Positions 60,701 through 64,000 of a stretch of 64,000 bases of DNA are shown in pieces. Made by a program: the position numbers and the translations under genes. How positions within the stretch are numbered: the stretch's first letter is position 1; the number at the start of each line of letters is the position of its first letter. Origin of the DNA: Iphione sp. A-MEVVRFRX5 (lineage: Eukaryota); assembly GCA_976226885.1 (NCBI GenBank), contig OZ320316.1:87792001-87856000 (forward strand). Reading direction: 5' to 3'. The notes beneath the pieces were generated by a model. That model made no database searches. It saw only the letters and a program-made list of their open reading frames with translations, and was not told the origin of the DNA.

Positions 60701-63700
60701 GGAGAAAAAATGGTAGTCCCACCATGTCCCTGCTGGGGCCGTTTATTAAGAACAGGAACAGTCAACACTATTCGTCTTTGACACATTGACTATGCGTTTG
60801 TGTATGGTATTTGACGTTTCATTAGTTAACGGTGAGGCGGTAAACCGGTTTCACGCGGCGCATGCAACATCTGGTTAAATCACCTCTCGGCGCAAACGGT
60901 TTAAAAATATTCCCAGGAGTGACTGCCCGAGGCGACGACGCTTCCACACACTCTTTATAGCCTGTGCACATCACGTCAGGAGGTGGGAAAGGATCGATAA
61001 GAGAGGGATGTCTAATGCCAGGCTCCCAAGTGGAGACAGAAACCTCCCAGTCGTCCTCCTCGCTCCTCTCCTAAGAATCCCACTCACTCTACTGCGGCGG
61101 ATTAGAGTAGGGATTAGTGGAAATTCAACAAGGACCAGTGAGGGAATCTTCATTTAATCATGCATGAAGAAGATGGCCGTCGATAATGGCTTGATCCGCC
61201 TTTTTAATTAATTACAGCTGGCGCCACCTCCGTCTGCGTCACTATTACTCTTTCTAAGGCAGCGCCGGAATCAAAAAATACGCTGGCTATGTAATGACGT
61301 TCAAGACCACCAACACACAAGGTTCGAGGATAACGACGTTCTTAGAATTGACTATTTAATCAGGATCGTACGTACCATACTACAGTAGACTAAACGGTTT
61401 CAAGTCTTCCATGGAGTAATGGAATTAAGACCGATACTTTACTGAAAGTCATACGCCAGTATACATGTATATATATACATATGTTGTTGGCGGAGGGGGG
61501 AGTTCTCTGGCTCTATAGTAGAGACTATATCAACTAACACTTGTTCTGTTGTTGAGTGGATTCCTATCTTAGGTGTTGTTGAGCAGAGACACATGGGTCC
61601 CTTACGAGTACTACGAAATATTGCAGTCAGAGAACTTATGAAAATGGTACGCTGGAGGTTTCACCATATGCAAGCATTAGCATCGTCTTGACGTTTTTCT
61701 CACCTACGTGACAGCTGGAGTGAATATGAAGAAATTCAAGTAAAATGTTTAAGTTTCTGGGAGCTTACATTTAAGTCACGTATTCCAGAAATTGAAAACC
61801 TCAGAAGTTTAATTCATACAGTGTGTAAAGTGGAATGTTCGCCCTGCAGAGACCGCATGGATTTCCAATAGCCAGTCCCGACAGCAAGGTAATGAGCCCG
61901 CATCCGACTTGGGGAGTTCCTCCCTGTGGAGAACACCAGATGCCTGTGGCTGCATGGGACCTGCTCACTGCCGTGAGCAGATATTGAGCAGAAGGCGCTT
62001 GTCACAGTCGCACTCCCTCAGCCAACCAATTTCAAAAAGCGCCCTATACCGGCAACACTCGCAATAAAAATGGTAATGAAATGTTTCGCTTCTTGTTTGG
62101 TTTTTCACAGATATAAACATACATTAGTTAATAAAGTTCAAAGTGTGGTGTTTATTTCAGCAACTGACGAGGAAATGGACTGTATACAAGGAGATCACTT
62201 TCCTGTGCGTCTTAAATTTGCAGGTTCCAGCTACATGATCGAGAAGCTTGCAAATTAATAACGTATATATCGTTAGTTTGTTCGTGAATCCTAATTACGT
62301 TAACGTCCTTAAGAATTCGGCAGTGTTTCCCTAGGAAATATCCCTTTGTGATGAAATTCCTGTAACCAAAAATATTCATTCTAAATAAAAAACTCAGTTG
62401 CCATCGTTTGAAACTGAGTTTCGGACTGTAAATATTAGACTCGCGCATAACAGTATCCATGCTGGCATCAGCCTCGATAGTTTTGTTTTCTACTACTCAT
62501 GCTGACATCAGTCTTGATAGTTTAGTGTTATACTACTCACATGACTTGACTGGTGAAATGTCACTCTCCATATACTACTTACACCTTTTACACTGGTTTG
62601 TGTTTCAAATGTCTGCGCTAAAGTATGACAAAAAAATGGGCTGCAGACGCAATGGGCAATGAAATGTGCCTATCATTAATGCAAATGTAAACAGAGAAGG
62701 GCTGGGAAATGTTTTTAGACTGATGTAGAATAAATAGGCATTCGACAAAACAGTACGAGACTGCATGAAGTTTGGTTTGTTTGGCGGCTTGGCCTTGCAG
62801 CGGTGCGACAGTGAGACGATATCCTAGGGGGTGGTCCTAATGTCGAAATACTACCTCTCACAGTGCACCACATCAGTCTCGTAAGCTCTCCCTTCAGAAT
62901 GGTAGATTGCATGACGCGCCAGGTAGACGCCGTGGCTTTCCACGTCGCTCCTGACAATGCCGGATCAGCAGACCACGGCGGCGGAGGCTGCGGGGTCAGT
63001 GTAAGCGGCATTAAGTCGTAAGTCAGACCATTACACAAGAGCACGATGTACGGATTGTGTGTTCAAGCCCATTTACACACGACGCAACTGACGAAACCAA
63101 AATGGCCACTTCAGCAAGCCTCTACAGCAGCAATCACGAATGTGTTCATAGGATATCAGGCAATCTCTACCACCATAAATTTGCCACGGTTAACATGTAC
63201 ACTGTAAGTGTATATGTATACATGTACATGTATATCCAGTCTGGATCTGAGGCAGATTGGTCTGAAACAATTCTATCCTGTCGACTGTAAAAATGCCCTT
63301 AATGGGTTGCATGCAGCACTGGTGTTTCGCTCCTGTATTGACGTGTCTCACCTTTTTTTAAGCCACACAAGCGACGACAAACTTTTGGAAAGACAAGGCA
63401 GTACCTTCAAAGTTTCAAGGGGGGTGGGATTTCGATTGACAATGCGGATAAAACAAAGGCTGATGTAGTCCACCCTTCCTCGTTGGCACTTCAACGACAG
63501 AGGACCAACAGTAAGGCACACCTGAAAGTGGGCTTTTTAAGAACGTACCTGAAGGACACAAAGGGCCTCATCTACTCGTAAAGAGGGAAATCAATAGCTT
63601 TCAGCACTTGATGCGGAAGTGATATTTCAACTTCAGGTCTGCGGACGTAAAAGAACTTCACATAGAAGTTCGTTTGTGGAGGAAACACAGAGAGCAAGAT

Positions 63701-64000
63701 TATAGATTCAATTAAAGGGAACGGGACACTCCGAGCGCTATATTCCTAATTAATCTTATTAATATAATTATAAACGGAAAGCCCGATTAAACACACTCCT
63801 CAACTGATTTTCTACTTGAAATCAAAGGACTGATTATTCAAATATCCATGAGGATACACTTGAAAAATTAAAACGACCGTGCCAAAATTTACAGAAAAAC
63901 TAAGTGTAATCGTTTGAGGCACACGGTAAACGCCAGTCTAGACTTTGCCTTTGATATAGATAAATAATAGTTTCAGGCTAGGATTTTCCGACATTAAAGG

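Overview
Eukaryotic (spliceosomal-intron) genomic DNA, most likely from an invertebrate metazoan. This is an inference from the invertebrate-type PDGF/VEGF C-terminal domain, the tubulin intron positions and the repeat landscape; an amphioxus-like origin is plausible but not provable here. There are no rRNA, tRNA or CRISPR features. Solid content: (1) a complete 8-exon, 444-aa beta-tubulin gene on the minus strand (CDS 17197 to 10636), divergent, with substitutions clustered in the colchicine pocket; (2) the last three coding exons of a PDGF/VEGF (PVF)-like gene at the left edge; (3) a 1.1-kb Ser/Pro-rich disordered coding exon (50506-49407, minus) in a GC/CpG-rich island, and an orphan Ser/Asp-rich, Lys-tailed terminal exon (34744-34495, minus); (4) several non-autonomous DNA transposons with defined TIRs and TSDs (three PIF/Harbinger-type with TWA TSDs; several Tc1/pogo-type with TA), most carrying internal minisatellites. 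There are also decayed Harbinger-transposase and LINE-RT relics recognised by eye. Most short ORFs in the supplied track look non-coding. I found no convincing evidence of a wholly new biological system. The best leads are the atypical beta-tubulin isotype, the tandem-repeat-carrying MITEs, the PVF cysteine loss and the unidentified disordered-protein gene. All protein family resemblances come from recalled consensus motifs, not from database searches.
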